DNA of 64,000 nucleotides from Raillietiella orientalis (GCA_036172245.1 JAYWIR010000030.1:1054001-1118000), one strand, 5' to 3'; positions 26,201 through 39,732 are shown, counted from the stretch's first letter. Numbers and translations are program-made. Notes: generated by a model from the sequence alone, not told the origin.

Positions 26201-27587
26201 AGTAAGTATCTGTAAAAATGCACAGATGTCAATTTTCCCTAGCTAACCACTGCAGTCTCTAGTGGTTTTATGCTGACAAAAGTATTTCTCTTTGAAGTAA
26301 GTATGTTTGTCATGGATTCCTCCTCCATTCTTGTAATGTTTAGTGGACTCATTCACCAGATATTGTTGTTGTTCTTGTGATTATGTGTTCATTCATTCTA
26401 TCCTGGCTAGAAGCATGGATGTTGGATTTCAAGGTGTTGCCAAAAGAAAACCTGGCCATGTCATTACTCAAAAGTAAGACTAGATTTCGGTCATTATGTG
26501 GTTATGTTATAGCAATGTGCTGAATATAGAGGCTCTTTTGGATCCCCGTTTATTGCCAAACCAACAGCTTCAAGAATATCTCACTAATATCCAGGAGTCT
26601 GCACATACAAGGAGTATGTTCTATTCTCCATGTAGTTCCATAGGTCTGTGCACCTTGTTCAGGAATTTCGATATTTAACTTTGGATTGTAGATGAAGATA
26701 ATGAAGATGAAACATGTATCCGTCAAAAATTGGAAGCAAGTAATTTGCTGTCTTTATTAGAAGTGAAATGAGATTTTTTTACAGAAAGAGAATTTGAAGT
26801 CTAAAGGAAAAGAGATTATATCCCAAGCATGTTCACTTCTGGAAGCTGATAACTGGCACTTAGAAAAGAGAGATTCTGAATCCGGTGACGAAGTGTACGG
26901 TTACTTTTTGTCTTCAGGGACTAAGATCTTCAAACTTGTTGTAAGGCATTGCTATTAGAAACAGACAATTGTCATTGACTGACTGCTGCAGGCAAAGCTG
27001 AATGTAGGACCCAAACAGTTGTTGGATGAATTTTTTTCCCACTTTGAAAATATTCCCAAGTGGAATTCAAATCTTTTGAAGTGTCAGATTTTAGAGGTTG
27101 GTGTGGATATGTTCATAACTCTGTTTTTTAAGGAGTACAGAGCATAGATTCTCAGACAGATATAAGCTACCAAGTAGCTGGAGATGCTCAATTTGGCAAT
27201 ATATCAAGTAGAGACTTTGTTTTGTTACGCCACTGGGCTTCCATTGACAATTATTACATCTTAGGGTATGCCTCCACCCAGTTCAAATCCATGCCTCCCA
27301 CAAAAAAGATTGTCAGGTGAGTGATTCACAATGTGAAATCCTGCTATTGAAAAATTAGAGCGGAGAGTGGACCTAGTTGTTTTCGCATAAGACCTGTAAA
27401 TACACAACAGAGTCAATGTACGTTGGAATGGCTACAGCAAACTGATCTCAAAGGCTGGATTCCAAAATACATTGTAGACAAATCCCTAGCTGGGGCCATG
27501 CTTCAGTTTAGTCATAATTTGAGATGTTTTTGCCGGAATCATTTTAAGTTGATTGATGAAGATGTAATAGACTTGTTGACATTTTGA
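23240..27587 (+). CDS. STARD3: StAR-related lipid transfer protein 3 (MLN64)-like; MENTAL + START domains, 11 exons, apparently complete
   Basis: Exons 23240-23368, 25986-26066, 26124-26201, 26243-26296, 26344-26473, 26530-26643, 26692-26735, 26785-26940, 26992-27096, 27141-27316, 27359-27587 join in frame. MENTAL motifs: IRRFFALFVTFDFLF, SLFDVV, NHWWALA, WLEAWMLDFKVLPKE. Linker: MFYSP. START motifs: PKWN, ISSRDFV, RAESGP, TDLKGWIPKY. Confidence 0.93.
24417..25326. mobile_element. Non-autonomous TIR element (MITE-like) in STARD3 intron 1
   Basis: About 120-bp imperfect terminal inverted repeats, 24417-24539 vs 25205-25326 (tctacggatcaa...ctttgtgtcaaagaatgtctg...gatgaactc), in a TTAA/TA context. 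Confidence 0.8.
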
Positions 27588-27699
27588 GATAGAAGTACGA
27601 TGCTTATGGCATTAATAAATTGTCGTTAAAAAAATCCATTTTTATTACTTTTATTAGTGCATCTAGCGTTTTCTAATTGTTTCTTCACATTCCAACGTA

Positions 27700-28320
27700 T
27701 AGGCACTCTAATCAAAAATCCATGGTAATGGTGACACCTAACTGTGATATCTAATTTGATAGGATACATGTTTGAGAGTGTTCATGGATCGAAAGCTATG
27801 AAAGATGCACTCCCATCGATTCGTATTGCAAATATTTCTTTGTAAGAACTCTACGGAATACCACCAGTGAGTGGAATAAAGGAAGTCTACCGCATTCAAA
27901 ATGGAACATGAAATCCCAAGTATTTCAGTTTACTTCCAGTCAGTTCAAATGGGATATTCCGAACGCATGAATAATTTTTAGTGTGGTTTTTTTTTTTTTA
28001 CAAAATTTCCTACTTGGTATAGGAGTTGAAATGGTTTAGCAACGACAGTACTGCACCGTGAATTCATTCTCTTTTCTTTTCTAAATTCTATTCTAAAGTT
28101 GATGAAGCCCTTGAGCGTTGAGAACATGAAAAACTATGTACGGAATGCACACATCGAAAGTTGCCAATATTACCAATGAAATCCATGGGAAATGCTGTTG
28201 TATTAGTAACCATTTCTAACTTTGGGAAACTTGCTTGCAAATTTTGGATATTATGAGATCATAAAGTTTGAAGATAAAGCAGTATGTTATTGCATTGAAA
28301 CTACCCGATAAACGAGCACA
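27700..28320 (-). mobile_element. PLE RT fragment (AT-rich)
   Basis: Minus strand gives FPMDFIGNIGNF (PMGS..AN-like), then DFMFHFECGRLPLFHSLV (FTxExExxxLPFLD-like). Confidence 0.4.
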
Positions 28321-29299
28321 TGGAATTGTTTGCCATGTGTTTACTTCAAGCACCCTTGGTTATCAAATCATGTGGAAAATTGAATCCCCCCCCCCCGCCC
28401 AAAAAAAAAAGAAGTCAGCGAGTGCACTGTGAATCATGTTTTCTTAAATCATAGCGGAAATCGATATAAATCCATGTGTTTCGACCCGTACAGAACGTGT
28501 GTGTTCATAAACAGCAATGGTTTAGGAATGGTTACTAGCTAATTACAACTGTTTTTGTTTGACGAATGTGTGTGCGGTCTTTGGAAACCCCGCGACCCTC
28601 ATTCACGGGGGTTCGGTGAGAAAAGTTTGCCGTCTCTTAGCAACATTTTCAGGAACGCTTTCGACCTGTCAGTTCTCGTGTATTTCCAGCTTCCATTCGT
28701 CTGTGGTAATGTTCTGTTGCAATCCTCATCAAGTAGTAGTTTCGGAATCCCAATCCTCGGGATGGATGCAGGTTTTTTGTTCTCGTTTCGCTTCTGTTTT
28801 TTTTTTTTTTTTCTGCTCCGAAACACTCCCGTGCGAAGAACCATCTGTTTGCCAAGCCCACTCGATGTGCCCAAGTTGCACTCTCGCTCGAAGTAGGTAA
28901 AGGTGATCAAACTTCAGCTGCCCAGCAAAGCTCATTCACGTGGTGGAAAAGCCTTCTCTCGGGCATGCTCGTTGCCGTGGCGTGGTTTTCTCGTTGTCCT
29001 GTTCGTTCCATACCCATTTTTCCGGTATGTGAGTAACGCAGTCGCCGAGCAGGTTTGACAAATACAGCCCGATGACCTCTTTCGAGGCTCCGTCCGTTTC
29101 TCTCTCCTTTTACGAACGCGAAAGAAAAAAGAAAAGAAAAGAAAAAAAAAAAAGGGTGACTGCTCGTTCTGTTGTGACACAACGCTATGTCCAAATTATA
29201 GCAACGCTGTGTTACGGTATTGCAATTTGGGCTGCGATCGCGAAGTAATGCGCCGTCTGTTCCATAAAGACAGCTTTACATCCCGCCCGAGTTAACGAG

Positions 29300-30050
29300 A
29301 TGGCCGAATTCGAAGGCTCTTCCGAGTGCAGGCATGAAGTGGTTGCCAAGGGCTTCGACGGATTCGTTCCGAGGGACGAACTTTTAAATCGAGATTTTCG
29401 TGTACAAAAAACGGATTAGCAATTGAAGTGATGCTTGAAATGAGGCCGGAGAAGAAAAGGCGGTGAGAGGGTTTGTACCGGGGCCTCCCTGCAGTCGTAC
29501 AAAGAGTTGCGAGATCGGCGGGGAGGGTTTCTCCCGAGTCGGGATAACAAAGTATCAGAAGTTCCAAGTTTTTATCTGGTTGGAAGCTTCAAGGAAGCGG
29601 GCACGACTTCAGTGATGGACTGCATCCTGCAACTAAACGAAAACTCAGCCAGGGCGGCAGCCCCGGGTTCTGAATGGGATGCTGCTAAACGAAACGAGAC
29701 GTGAGTGCGTCGGATAAAAAGAGGGATCCTCGCGAAACGCACCGAACCCGAAAGCGATCCAGGAAACTTTGAGGATTTCGTGGCGTGGAGCCGAACCGAC
29801 GCGCCACTCTTAGGCATGAACAAGCAGGGGGGGGGGATGCAGAGAATTCTGGAGTGGTCTGTTCGTGTGGGAGGAGGTCACCTGGGTTCGAGAACTTCCA
29901 GATGGTGGGGAGGGCTTGCGATGAGAATCCCCGAAACATGGGAGAAGACGGCAACAGGGCCAATAGGTGCTTCCTATGATCGGGGTTTTGGAATTTCGTG
30001 CATCAGCCCAAGCCTCTGGTCTCTTCGTGCAAGAGCAGCCTCTCGGGTAG
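29300..30050 (+). mobile_element. PLE thumb/endonuclease fragment
   Basis: LRRIRSE..KNGL (RICS..NGYP-like), FENFQMVG..R..E, and YDRGFGIS..W (NRDxG-like C-terminus). Confidence 0.45.
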
Positions 30051-31591
30051 CAGCTCGTTTTGGTGCGCCGGTTACCGGGAAACAAAACGTACTCCCAAAC
30101 GAACGAATTGACGCTGCAGTCTTCTGCGCGAAGGAAAGTGATCGGAACCACGGCGATTAGCGAGAACCGCAGTCATCGTGAAGCACCGAGCGCAATCGCC
30201 GTGGTCATTTTACGGGGACGGGGGTGACGGAGTGAAGTAATGGGTTCTCCCAGGAATCTCGTCAGAAATGCTCTTTTACAACTCTGCGTGGCTCGGAGCG
30301 AATCCGCCAGACGTAGGCGAACGCAGAGTAGGACCTATTCTAAGGAAAACCTTATCCACTTCCACCACCACTGCCTGTGGTTCTGTCTGGTCGTTCGGGA
30401 GTGTAGCGATGCCTGTGTGAAAGGTGCACCATCAAAGGTCTGTGCTTTAACAGCACGCTTGGTAAGTTGGCCAGGTCACAAGTGCGTGTTTTCCTTTTGC
30501 TGCTGCTGCTGTTGCCGTTGAAGGCAAGAGGAGGAGCAGGGAATGGTCGGAATTAAACAAAACTTCGCTGCCATTCCATCTTGCGGTGCATCGATTTTGC
30601 TCCGCGAGATTCCTCTGATGATAGTGGTAATCCTGTGAATGCGATCCAAGTGGAAGAGTTTCTGGGTTCCATAGAGAGAGAGAGAGGTAGGGAGGAGGGA
30701 GAAGAAGAAGAAATAAAACGGTGGTTCCGTTTTCATGAGGAGGAGGAAGGAAACACGGAGAAGAAAGCGATCGTGCGTTACTTTCGAAAAGAAACAGCTA
30801 ATGTCATCCCGTAGTTCAAAGACTGTGAATTCCTGCGCGCGCCTGCTTCGGAATTTTTTTCCGACCTAGTTAATGACTGGCAGAAATTGAGGATTGATCG
30901 GGGATTATATCTCCCCCCTCCCTCCCCGCTTCCAAAAAAAGAGAAATATTTCGCCTCTTGCGGCCTCGGCTGCGCAGATTGGATCGGAAGAGCACAGCTT
31001 GCATCAGATATCGAGCAGCACTTGCTGTGAATCGGAAAAACTAAAAAAAAAAAAAAACAAAAAAAAAAACACTCCCGTGACTTTCGGCTCTTCCTCCGAA
31101 ACGTGGAAACATTTCAATGAGAATGATTCCCGAGCCAACCTGAAGTTCACTTCCGGAAGAAGAGCCGTGTTTATTTGACAGTAACAAACAAATATTTCGG
31201 TACGAGTCATTACCCAGCAGGAAACCTTCCCTGCCCGCGTAGTTTCTCGGATTTCAGATTTCAAGCCAGGGCTCGTCCCCATTGCACGCGGATCTGTGTG
31301 CTCGTCAGCATTTTCGTAGCAAGAAACGGAAGCTGCAGGGAGAGTTCTGTCGTCCTGTGTAATTCGTGCTTTTTCCCGGAAATGAATCGTTCGCTTCAAG
31401 CACGGTCTTCGCCCCGGGAAATATCATTTACTTTTCGGGAGTTGCTCTTCTTTTAGGGAGGCAGATCCCGGAGCGTAAGGGAAGCTCGCTTGCAGCTTTG
31501 CTTACATCTCAGGAGATTTCACGAAGACATTTTTCGTTTATCCCAGGGTTAATGCGAACGCGTTCGCTCACTAGATTCGACAAATGCGAGT

Positions 31592-31592
<1 letters not shown>

Positions 31593-31672
<80 letters not shown>
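31593..31672. repeat. (CA)n microsatellite
   Basis: Perfect CA run of about 40 units. Confidence 0.95.
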
Positions 31673-31673
<1 letters not shown>

Positions 31674-31999
31674 GTTCGATTTTTTTGTCGTGTATTAGTC
31701 TTGTGTTGCGTGTACGCTGAATCCAATTCCTCTTCCTGCGGCACGTGAATTTGCATCGGCTGCTTTCTTGTAATTCCTGCTACCTCTCCCCTGCACGCCT
31801 TCCAGCAACAACGGTTCATCGGAATTTATCTTGAGGAAGAATCGTGAGGTGAACACAGAATAGGTGCGACACACAAACAGGGTAGCGCTGGCGAGCCGAC
31901 TTTGGAATCCTGTGAGAAACGGCGGTTTAGGGATAATCTGCGATTCGTATGTGACTCAGCTGTTGCGTTCCCGTGCCCCCCGCGGAATCCCCGGTGTAC

Positions 32000-34350
32000 G
32001 GACAAATCGACAAGGGGTTTGCCGCGGGTTTCCTGGGAAATGCTTGTCGTTCTCCCGTGGATTGCGAGGCACCAAAGTGAAGTGGATGACCCCGGGTTCC
32101 TGGTGACTTCCGTGTTGCTCCGTTTTCAAAGTACCATCGAAACCTTTTTCGATCCCGTGTGCAATCCGCGTTCTCCTTGGAAAAGATTGGTTGCCGTGAG
32201 GCACTCGGGAGAGAACCCAGATCTCGTAGTGAGAAAGCCGAAGTGAGAGGGAGTCATCTCTTTGCGCGTTCGTCGAAGGTGAGCGGGTCCGACAAGAATA
32301 TCTTTTTAAGGAAGTTCGGTAAAAGTCCCTGTCTTAACAGGCGAGACATCAGTCAGCAGACAGAGATAGATGCATACATCTCGGCTGAAACTGTTTGCTT
32401 GCTACGCTTCCCTGCGAGCGAATCCAAACCAGCTCTCTATCCTGGGAAGAGGGCGCACGAGGGCGGCCATGCCGAATACAGCGCACCAAAGTATGGTCGA
32501 CATTTTGTTTCAGTCATCACTGTTGTTATGGCGAACTGCATTCAGGGAACGAGCATCGATGCGTGCTCTGGTGAACGGGGAAGAGTTCGTTTCCCCTCTT
32601 CCTTGTAGATGGAAACCGGGTCTGCGACCGGAGAGAGCTATTTTCGTGATTTGCGTGCTATTCGATCCTTTTCGTCTGTGCGTTCCGGGTTGCTGGTATG
32701 TTTCTCAGCTGCTTTCCCATTTCTTCTAGTGCGACACGCTACTCATTTTGTTCCCTTCTTCGACCCGAGTCGTCACTCCGGTTTCAACTTCTTGTCCCTG
32801 CAAATCTCTCGAGTTGCGTTGCGTTCTTCTTCCTTCCCTGCTTTTCATCCCTGTCTCGCTCCTTTCACCCTTGAGGTTCCTGGACCACTGTTATCCGTGG
32901 AGTCCGCGCGAGCCGAACGCGCCTCCGCAGCATGTACTTGCGCTCCGTTGCGCAGCGCGTACGGTACGGATGCACAGCCACTTGCACGCACGGTTCGGGT
33001 TTTCCTGCGTTTCGGAGAAGCGATGCTGGATCCGGGGAAAAGGGCGGGATGCAAAGGTGGCGAGCGAGTCCAGGAGATGCTGATGGAGCCCAGTGCGGCC
33101 CAGTGAGTTCGCATTCAAAATACTGCGGTCGCGCACCCAAGTTACCGGGGACGGCTGTTGTCAACACTGGCGCCGTCACGGCAGCCATTTGCAAAAGTCG
33201 CATGCTGTTGCAGCCGCGGCAGCTGTTGGCCTCGGGCAGCAGCAATGCTAGCGATGTGCATTCGAGCAACGTCACGGAAAGTGTAGCTGGGGCGTCCTAG
33301 GCGCAGCGCCGTCGCTTCCTGTCGACAGTCTATTTCTGTGGGGTCGTTCGTCGCGTGGGAGCTCCACGTCCCGGCAGTTCTGCCAAGCCGTTCGAGGGCT
33401 CGTTTGACCATGGACCCCGTTCGACCGGAGACCGACGTCCGAGCTCTCCCCAGTCACAGAGCTTGTTGTCGGTTCTCGTTCAGGTGGGTCGTGGCCCTCC
33501 GGAGTTCCCTGCAAATGTTCTCGGAAAAGGGGGGGGGGGGAAAGACGTTCCGCACATGCACACACGGAATGTAGCGCCGGCACCAGGATGGATACGAAGC
33601 GGGAGAACCATCTTCGGCCGCCATTTCATCCCTGAGTCGATAGACGCGTCCTACCCCGTCTTCGAAACCCTCATCCTCTGATCTGCGCCGAAACGTCACA
33701 CCCTTACTCACTGCACAGCACGTGACTTCGGGAAGATTTCGATGGCCTCCTTTTCGTAACAGCTGTCGTGACACTCGGCAGCTCTCCCTGACCGTTCGTC
33801 GCAGGTGTCGTGTACGGTCACCAGTTGACCCCACTCTGACGATGACCATCAAGGGAAAAAGCCATGCGTGCATTGTTCCCTTCTCCCGTACATCAGTCGA
33901 CGCACTTTGGATGGCAAGTACTAGTGGTCAACAGCCTGGGTACCTACCAACTGTCAGCTGTGAGAATTGTGTGAGCAGAACCGAGGTTAAAATGCTCGAG
34001 CCAGAACGAAACAGCTGAAGGTCATCAGCGGGCGCCCTTTTTCCTTTCGGGTCAGCAAATTCTGAAACTGAAGATGGTAAACCGTCCCGCACTCGAATGC
34101 CTCCATCCGCACTTTGTTCGCTTCTCATCCGGAAGATGACAAAGGTGTCGTATGGCATCGATGGATGTTGTGGCCGATGAGGCACCCGCTATTTTAAACC
34201 AAAAGGGAGAGAGAGTGTATCGAAACAATCTGGATTTCAATCTGCTTCCAGAAAAGGAATCGAGGAGTACGAAGATAAAAATGGAAAACAGTGTCTTCAC
34301 GATGTATTTTTAAGTGTCAGCCCACAGATAGCTCGTCCAGATCAGCCTGG
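32000..34350 (+). mobile_element. Two partially tandem degenerate PLE copies
   Basis: First copy (~32000-32600): ENPDLVVRKPK, KPALYPGKRAHEG. Second copy (~33000-34350): YCGRAPKLPG, GPPEFPANVLG, PGWIRSGRTIF (WxRYVDDIF-like), SIRTLF..DDKGVV. Confidence 0.55.
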
Positions 34351-34480
34351 TGCAGGAACACGGGAAAATTTTTTCGGGAGGGGAATCTCTCTCTCAGCTT
34401 CCCGCAGGGAAGACCCAGTTGCACGAGGGACAGCGGTTTTACCCCCTCCCCTCTCCCAGGCGGATTGCGCGCGTCCACCT

Positions 34481-34547
34481 GCGTGCTGGCGTTTTTCCTT
34501 CCTCACCGTGGATGCGTTGACCCCAGTGGGGACCCCGGAGTCTGGGA
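34481..34547 (+). repeat. 67-bp exact direct repeat, copy 1
   Basis: gcgtgctggcgtttttcc...ccggagtctggga is identical to 36050-36116; similarity extends ~40 bp upstream. Confidence 0.9.
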
Positions 34548-36049
34548 CCGTCGGTGCAAGTGTCTTCCTCCAAGGCAGAAAAAAAATCTCGAGCAGGTCT
34601 TCCGGCAGTACACGTACATGTTGAATCTGAAACAAACACGCACATTTGCAGACATAATTGGTGCGTCGGAAACATGAAGAATCTCTCCCTCTCCCCTCTG
34701 CCTGCCCGTGTGGTACCGAACGAGCGCCATGTTGACACGCGCCCGTCTGGACGTTCACATTCGGAGATTTGCAACTCTAGGAGATCAGGTTTCACAATTT
34801 TCAAAGACACACAAAAAAAATTTTTTCCTTTTTCGTTTTTTGCGGTTTTTTTTTTTTTTTTTTTGGCTTTTTCCCCCTCCCCCCTTCTCGTGACCAGCTC
34901 CGAAAACTACAGCACGGCGTCATCGGGAGCCATTTTACGTGTTCTGTCTTTGTCGGATGTTTTTTTTTTTTTTTTTTTTTTTTTTTGGCCTTGCAGCGCT
35001 TTTTTGCTTTCGATATGTCTTCCTGCGCGAAGGCGAAGTTCTCCTTTCAGAGTCGTCTTCGTATTCCAGTTCTTCAGAGAGCAAGGGTTCAGCGGAACTT
35101 GTAGACAGAAAGAAAAGGAAACCCAAGTGCTGCTTCGTTACCGCGATGGCCTTCCTGTTTCGTGACTTTGCTAATTGAGGATACAGAGATAATACACTCG
35201 ATTGAAACGGAGAGTTGCTTTCAGAGGAAAAGTTTCATCATCCACGATGCTTTCTTCATTGAATATTCTCCTCAATGAAGTAAGAGGTGTAGCACCGGCC
35301 ATCTTGCGAAATTCCGGATTGGCTTCGTGTTGAAGAAGTTGTCAGGAGGAGGTGGGCTTCAGCCGCTGTCTTCACCTCCCCCCCCCCCCTTCCCCCCGTG
35401 ATGGGCTCGAAAATGGCGGCGGCCTTCCGACAACTCTCTTCGTCGCCAGCCCTTCGTGGTGCTGCGGCGTTCGGTGCTTCCGCGTCGCGAGCGGGCAGCA
35501 GCAGCAGCAGCAGCAGCACTCTTGTGTTTCGGATTTTCGCTGCTCCGTTCCCGTTGCTGCCTGCATCCCGAGAACGAACGCACGGGAAGGAGTTTTCTTG
35601 CTCCCGAGTAGCCTTGGAAACGAGCACAGCTCCGAACGTCGGAAAGGAGGACGCAGAATCTTGCAGTGTGGATTTCCGCGTTATCAGCGGCAGCACGGAT
35701 TGTTAATTGTCAAGTGCGTGGTGGCGGATGAGGATCTCAGGGAAAAACAGATCGCCGAAGAACGGTTACGAAATCCCGATAAGTAGCTTCGGAGAGGCGG
35801 GCGGAGAACATATTCCTTGAAAATAGCAGGAGGGAGGTTGTCTGTGCGTCCTGCAGCGACGTCGTGTTTTTTTGTTTGTTTGTTTGTTTTTCTGCCTGTT
35901 CCGAGGCGACCCGAAAGAAAGCAAAGAAGCCGAGGAATCCGGCACGGCAGGAAATGCAAGCGAGAAAACATCGCGCCGTGGTGACTTTGCAACGCTCCCG
36001 CGAAAATCGGAAGTTAGAACCTCCCCTCCCCTCCCCGGGCGGATTGCGC

Positions 36050-36116
36050 GCGTGCTGGCGTTTTTCCTTCCTCACCGTGGATGCGTTGACCCCAGTGGGG
36101 ACCCCGGAGTCTGGGA
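36050..36116 (+). repeat. 67-bp exact direct repeat, copy 2
   Basis: Identical to 34481-34547. Confidence 0.9.
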
Positions 36117-36930
36117 AGGAACGCCGCTGATTCGTTCCCGCGCCTCCTGCCTTCACCTCCTGCGCAGGGTTCCAGAGTCACGTCTTCGATTCTTCGTCCG
36201 AGGCTCCGATCCAAACCGAGGAGATCACCTGTGAAGGGGCAGCTGTTGTTCCACTCGGCTCTCCCCGCCCTCCGACTGCCTTTGTTCCATTTGTCCCTTC
36301 TCGTCGGCGGCAGGTCTCTTACTCTTTGCGGCGAATGCGAGGATTTCGGGGAAGCGCTCTCTGCACGACCACAACGTTCCCGTAGCGCTCCTTCGGTCCC
36401 CTTTGGTGCCGCTTGGCACGGCTCGCCTTCCCTCCACTTCAGCGTCGCCGAGTCACGTCTTATCCTGTGTTGCAGTTGGCGTCGATGACGTATCTGCCAG
36501 CAGCAGATTTCTACCTTTTTCCAGCAGGGCTGATTGGGATTTTGCGGCCTCCTCCACTTGTCCATCTGGAGAGCGATGCCTAGACGTGCGTCTTTCCCTG
36601 GAGCTGCCTCTCGATTTCCTGAATCTTCATGGCAGATTTGCTGCTGGGTGCACACGCCTCCTCAGACGGCATCGGCCCTCCTCCTCTCTCATTCTTGACA
36701 CGTATCCGGGATCGATCCCCGGGTGGAAATCAGGATGAAGCTCTTGTTGTACGCCTCTCCCGCGTCTCAGATCGAGAAGCTTCGTATGCAACCTTTGCTT
36801 ACTGGTACTTATCGGTGTGCTGCTGACGTCACGGTTCCTATCGTTTTGTTTCTACTTCGCAGCGGATTGGTGTCGCCAAAGCCTTTTGCAGGAAGTCCTC
36901 GAAAACAAGAGCGCTGCGGCAGCAGACTTC

Positions 36931-36966
<36 letters not shown>

Positions 36967-37177
36967 AGAGAGAGAAATGCCGTGAGAACCGGAGACTCTT
37001 CGGGCGTGCTCGGAAATCTCGGAAAATTCTTTGCTTGCTAATTCTCCGAAAGAGGGACTCGGCTCGTATCGTTTTATTCGACACAGAGGGATGTTATAAA
37101 AGGGAACTCCGCAAAGTTTGGAGGATGAGCCAAGATCGAGTTGCGTTGCTTTTAATGGCAGGTGGGATATCGGTGAG

Positions 37178-37212
<35 letters not shown>

Positions 37213-37849
37213 GGTCTTGCAATCGCAACAACGTGGAGGTCGGATCTCCATGCTGCGGAAAGGGAAAGACCGAAGCGCAAAAAAGGAATGCACATAAATG
37301 CCCCATCCACGTTTGAAAAGGATCGCTCGCACTCGCGCTTTACGATCGCCTTGGACCAGGTTCTGGAACTCGACTGCTCGCTCCTGGGGTGTCAGGCCGA
37401 AAGTCTGCGTGCACTTTATTGTGCCCCATTACGGGAATGACCGGTCGGAACGCCTCTCTGAAAAGCCGGTTCTTCCTTGAGCCCGAATCGCATCGATGTC
37501 GGACAGTGTCATTCATGACTCATGCCTTCCATTAGCTCGGAGGCGGGTCCATCCACCGAATAATAATAATCCCGAGCAGCTTCCTGCTCAGAATAATGAT
37601 GGGAACGGATACATTCCCTCGTGCAGACGCTCTCCAAGGTGCCTCGATTCGAGAAGGAAAAAGGAAAGGGAGCCTTCGAGAAGGACGTGTGCGATGGACG
37701 AACAAAGATGAATGGCCAAAAAAGGACTCGAGTCGTACACAAAAGATTTCGCCGAAATGTGGAACGCCGGGCGGACTGGAGATGGGGCCCGGCAGCCAAC
37801 TCAACAGCTAACTGTTTCCACTTCGGACCTTCTAGTCACTCATCGGCAT

Positions 37850-38350
37850 TATTTTGGTGGCGTGGCGCGATTGGTCCACCAGCTCCGATCTGCTTTCTCG
37901 AGGCTCACGATTGCCAACCTTCTTGGTGGAGGTGCACCTCCAAGTCTCGCAAGCGCCAGCCGTTTTTACTCGAGCCACTTCCGTGTGTGCCTGGGATGCC
38001 TCGCTCGGGACCGCGCGCCGTCCAGACTGCCTTCTTGGACCGCTTGTTCTTGTTTGTTGTCCCCGCACGCCCCGAACGACAGGACACCCCTTGGTATCCT
38101 TTTATCCCGACGCCGAATTTCGCTGGTCCTTTCTCCGCACCCGTTCTCTCGCGCCGAGTCATTCCGCCGCCTGCCCAATCTTGGGAGCAGGGAACTCGAA
38201 AACGAATGTTCCGGTGGTCGTCCCCTGCTCCCCCGCCTTCTCCCCGAGGCGTGCTTCCGCCAGGAATCTGCTGGCGAGCCTTCCGGTCCCCCCCATTCAC
38301 GGTTTCCCGCTGCTCGACTCGCGCATCGACCGACGTGCAAACGGTCAGTC
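37850..38350 (-). mobile_element. PLE endonuclease fragment
   Basis: Weak motifs PEHSFSSSLL, GYQGVSCRSG and RLRDLE in endonuclease order. Confidence 0.3.
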
Positions 38351-39213
38351 GCGTGACGAAAGTCGACGAGGAGGAGGAGAAGCACTGAATGAAAGAAGAA
38401 GCAGAAGGGGGGGGGGGGGGAGGGAACGCGCGCGCGCGCTATCGGCGAAGAGAGTTTCCGAAGAAAAGAAGTTTCTTTTCTTGTAGAGAAGAGCCGTGAT
38501 GTAAGCGTAGCGACGGAACTTCCTGCATGCAGCCAAGGAAGAGCTGCAAAGGAGCTGAGGAAAAAGATGCATCGTGATTTCCCAGGGAGGAGCACGAATC
38601 CCCACGAATCATCACCTCAAGAAGGGAATAAACTAGGAGATAACGTATTTGTATAATGAGGACGTGTGGGAAGTTTACATAAGTCCGAAAAAAAAAAAAA
38701 AAAACATTCGAGATCACTGTACGGAGGAGATCCCGAATCGTGTAGAAAAGGAAACAAACAAACAAAGCCAAGAAGACTTGGTTTGCATGACGTCTTTTGC
38801 GCAGTGTTGCACGTTTTCTTTTTGGTTTCTTTGCGCTTTTCTTCTTCATCGAAGATGTTCCTTTTAGGCGGAGGTGCATGCACTAGTTCTAGGTGGTACA
38901 CTGGTGGTCCTTTGCTTTCGGGAGCAGCAACATATGTATAGGATTGTTGTTGTACCCTTTGGGGGGGGGGGGGGCTCGACTTCTGGATTCGTATGAGCAG
39001 CTCTGTAAACAGGGGTTTCAATCTCTTGTTCGATGGTCTCTACCAGCAGTTTCAAGTGACTTATTGTGGGGGGGGGGGGGGCTTGGATGTCCTTTTCATC
39101 ACGTTGTACTTCCATTTCCTTTCTTTTCCCCGGATTGTATTTCATGTAAGAAGGAGTCACCTATTTTCACATGTTTATTCATTTTTGACTTCATCCTTTC
39201 ACAGGCTAGAGAT

Positions 39214-39707
39214 GGAAAAAGATGGGAAGATGGTGAGCGGCCATCGCTGTTATTTTTGTAAGATTTTGTATCGCTTTGAAGGAATAAATCTTTTCTTATC
39301 AGCTCAACATCTGATACGCCACCCATCTCGCGGCCGGCACGTTCAACTAGTGGTCGAAAGTGGACTTGGAGAGATCGTCTTCGTCCGCAAAGTGGACAGA
39401 CAACTCCCTCCCGAGATAGTGCGGAACGTGGATCTCTCTCTCTTTGCACTTCAGTTTTCAGTCCTCCCGCAATGGGGAGGAGTAGTGGGCGGATCCCGGC
39501 GGAACTGCAATACCGGATCAACCCGCGCGAGGAAAGGAGCAAGCTCCACGCATCCCGTTCACTTCCAAAAATTGGTTTCGTGTGCTGGCCACCAGACAGG
39601 TGGCGTATCAAATACCAAGCTGATAAGAAAAGATTTATTTCTTTAAAGAGATGCGTAATCTTATAAAAACAACGTTGGTGACCCCTCACCATCTTCCCGT
39701 CTTCTTC
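39214..39707. repeat. Diverged ~150-bp inverted repeat pair with ~190-bp spacer
   Basis: Arms ~39214-39365 and ~39557-39707 share gggaagatggtgag, aataaatcttttcttatcagct and tgatacgccacc. Confidence 0.85.
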
Positions 39708-39732
39708 TTCCCTCCCTTCTCTTTTCGTCCTT

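Noticed and set aside
31284..31308. Minus-strand CTGACGA followed by a GCAC/GTGC stem
   Set aside because: The required GAAA after stem II is absent.
36690..36735. tRNA-like T-arm (ccgggatcgatccccggg)
   Set aside because: No cloverleaf, A box or acceptor stem.
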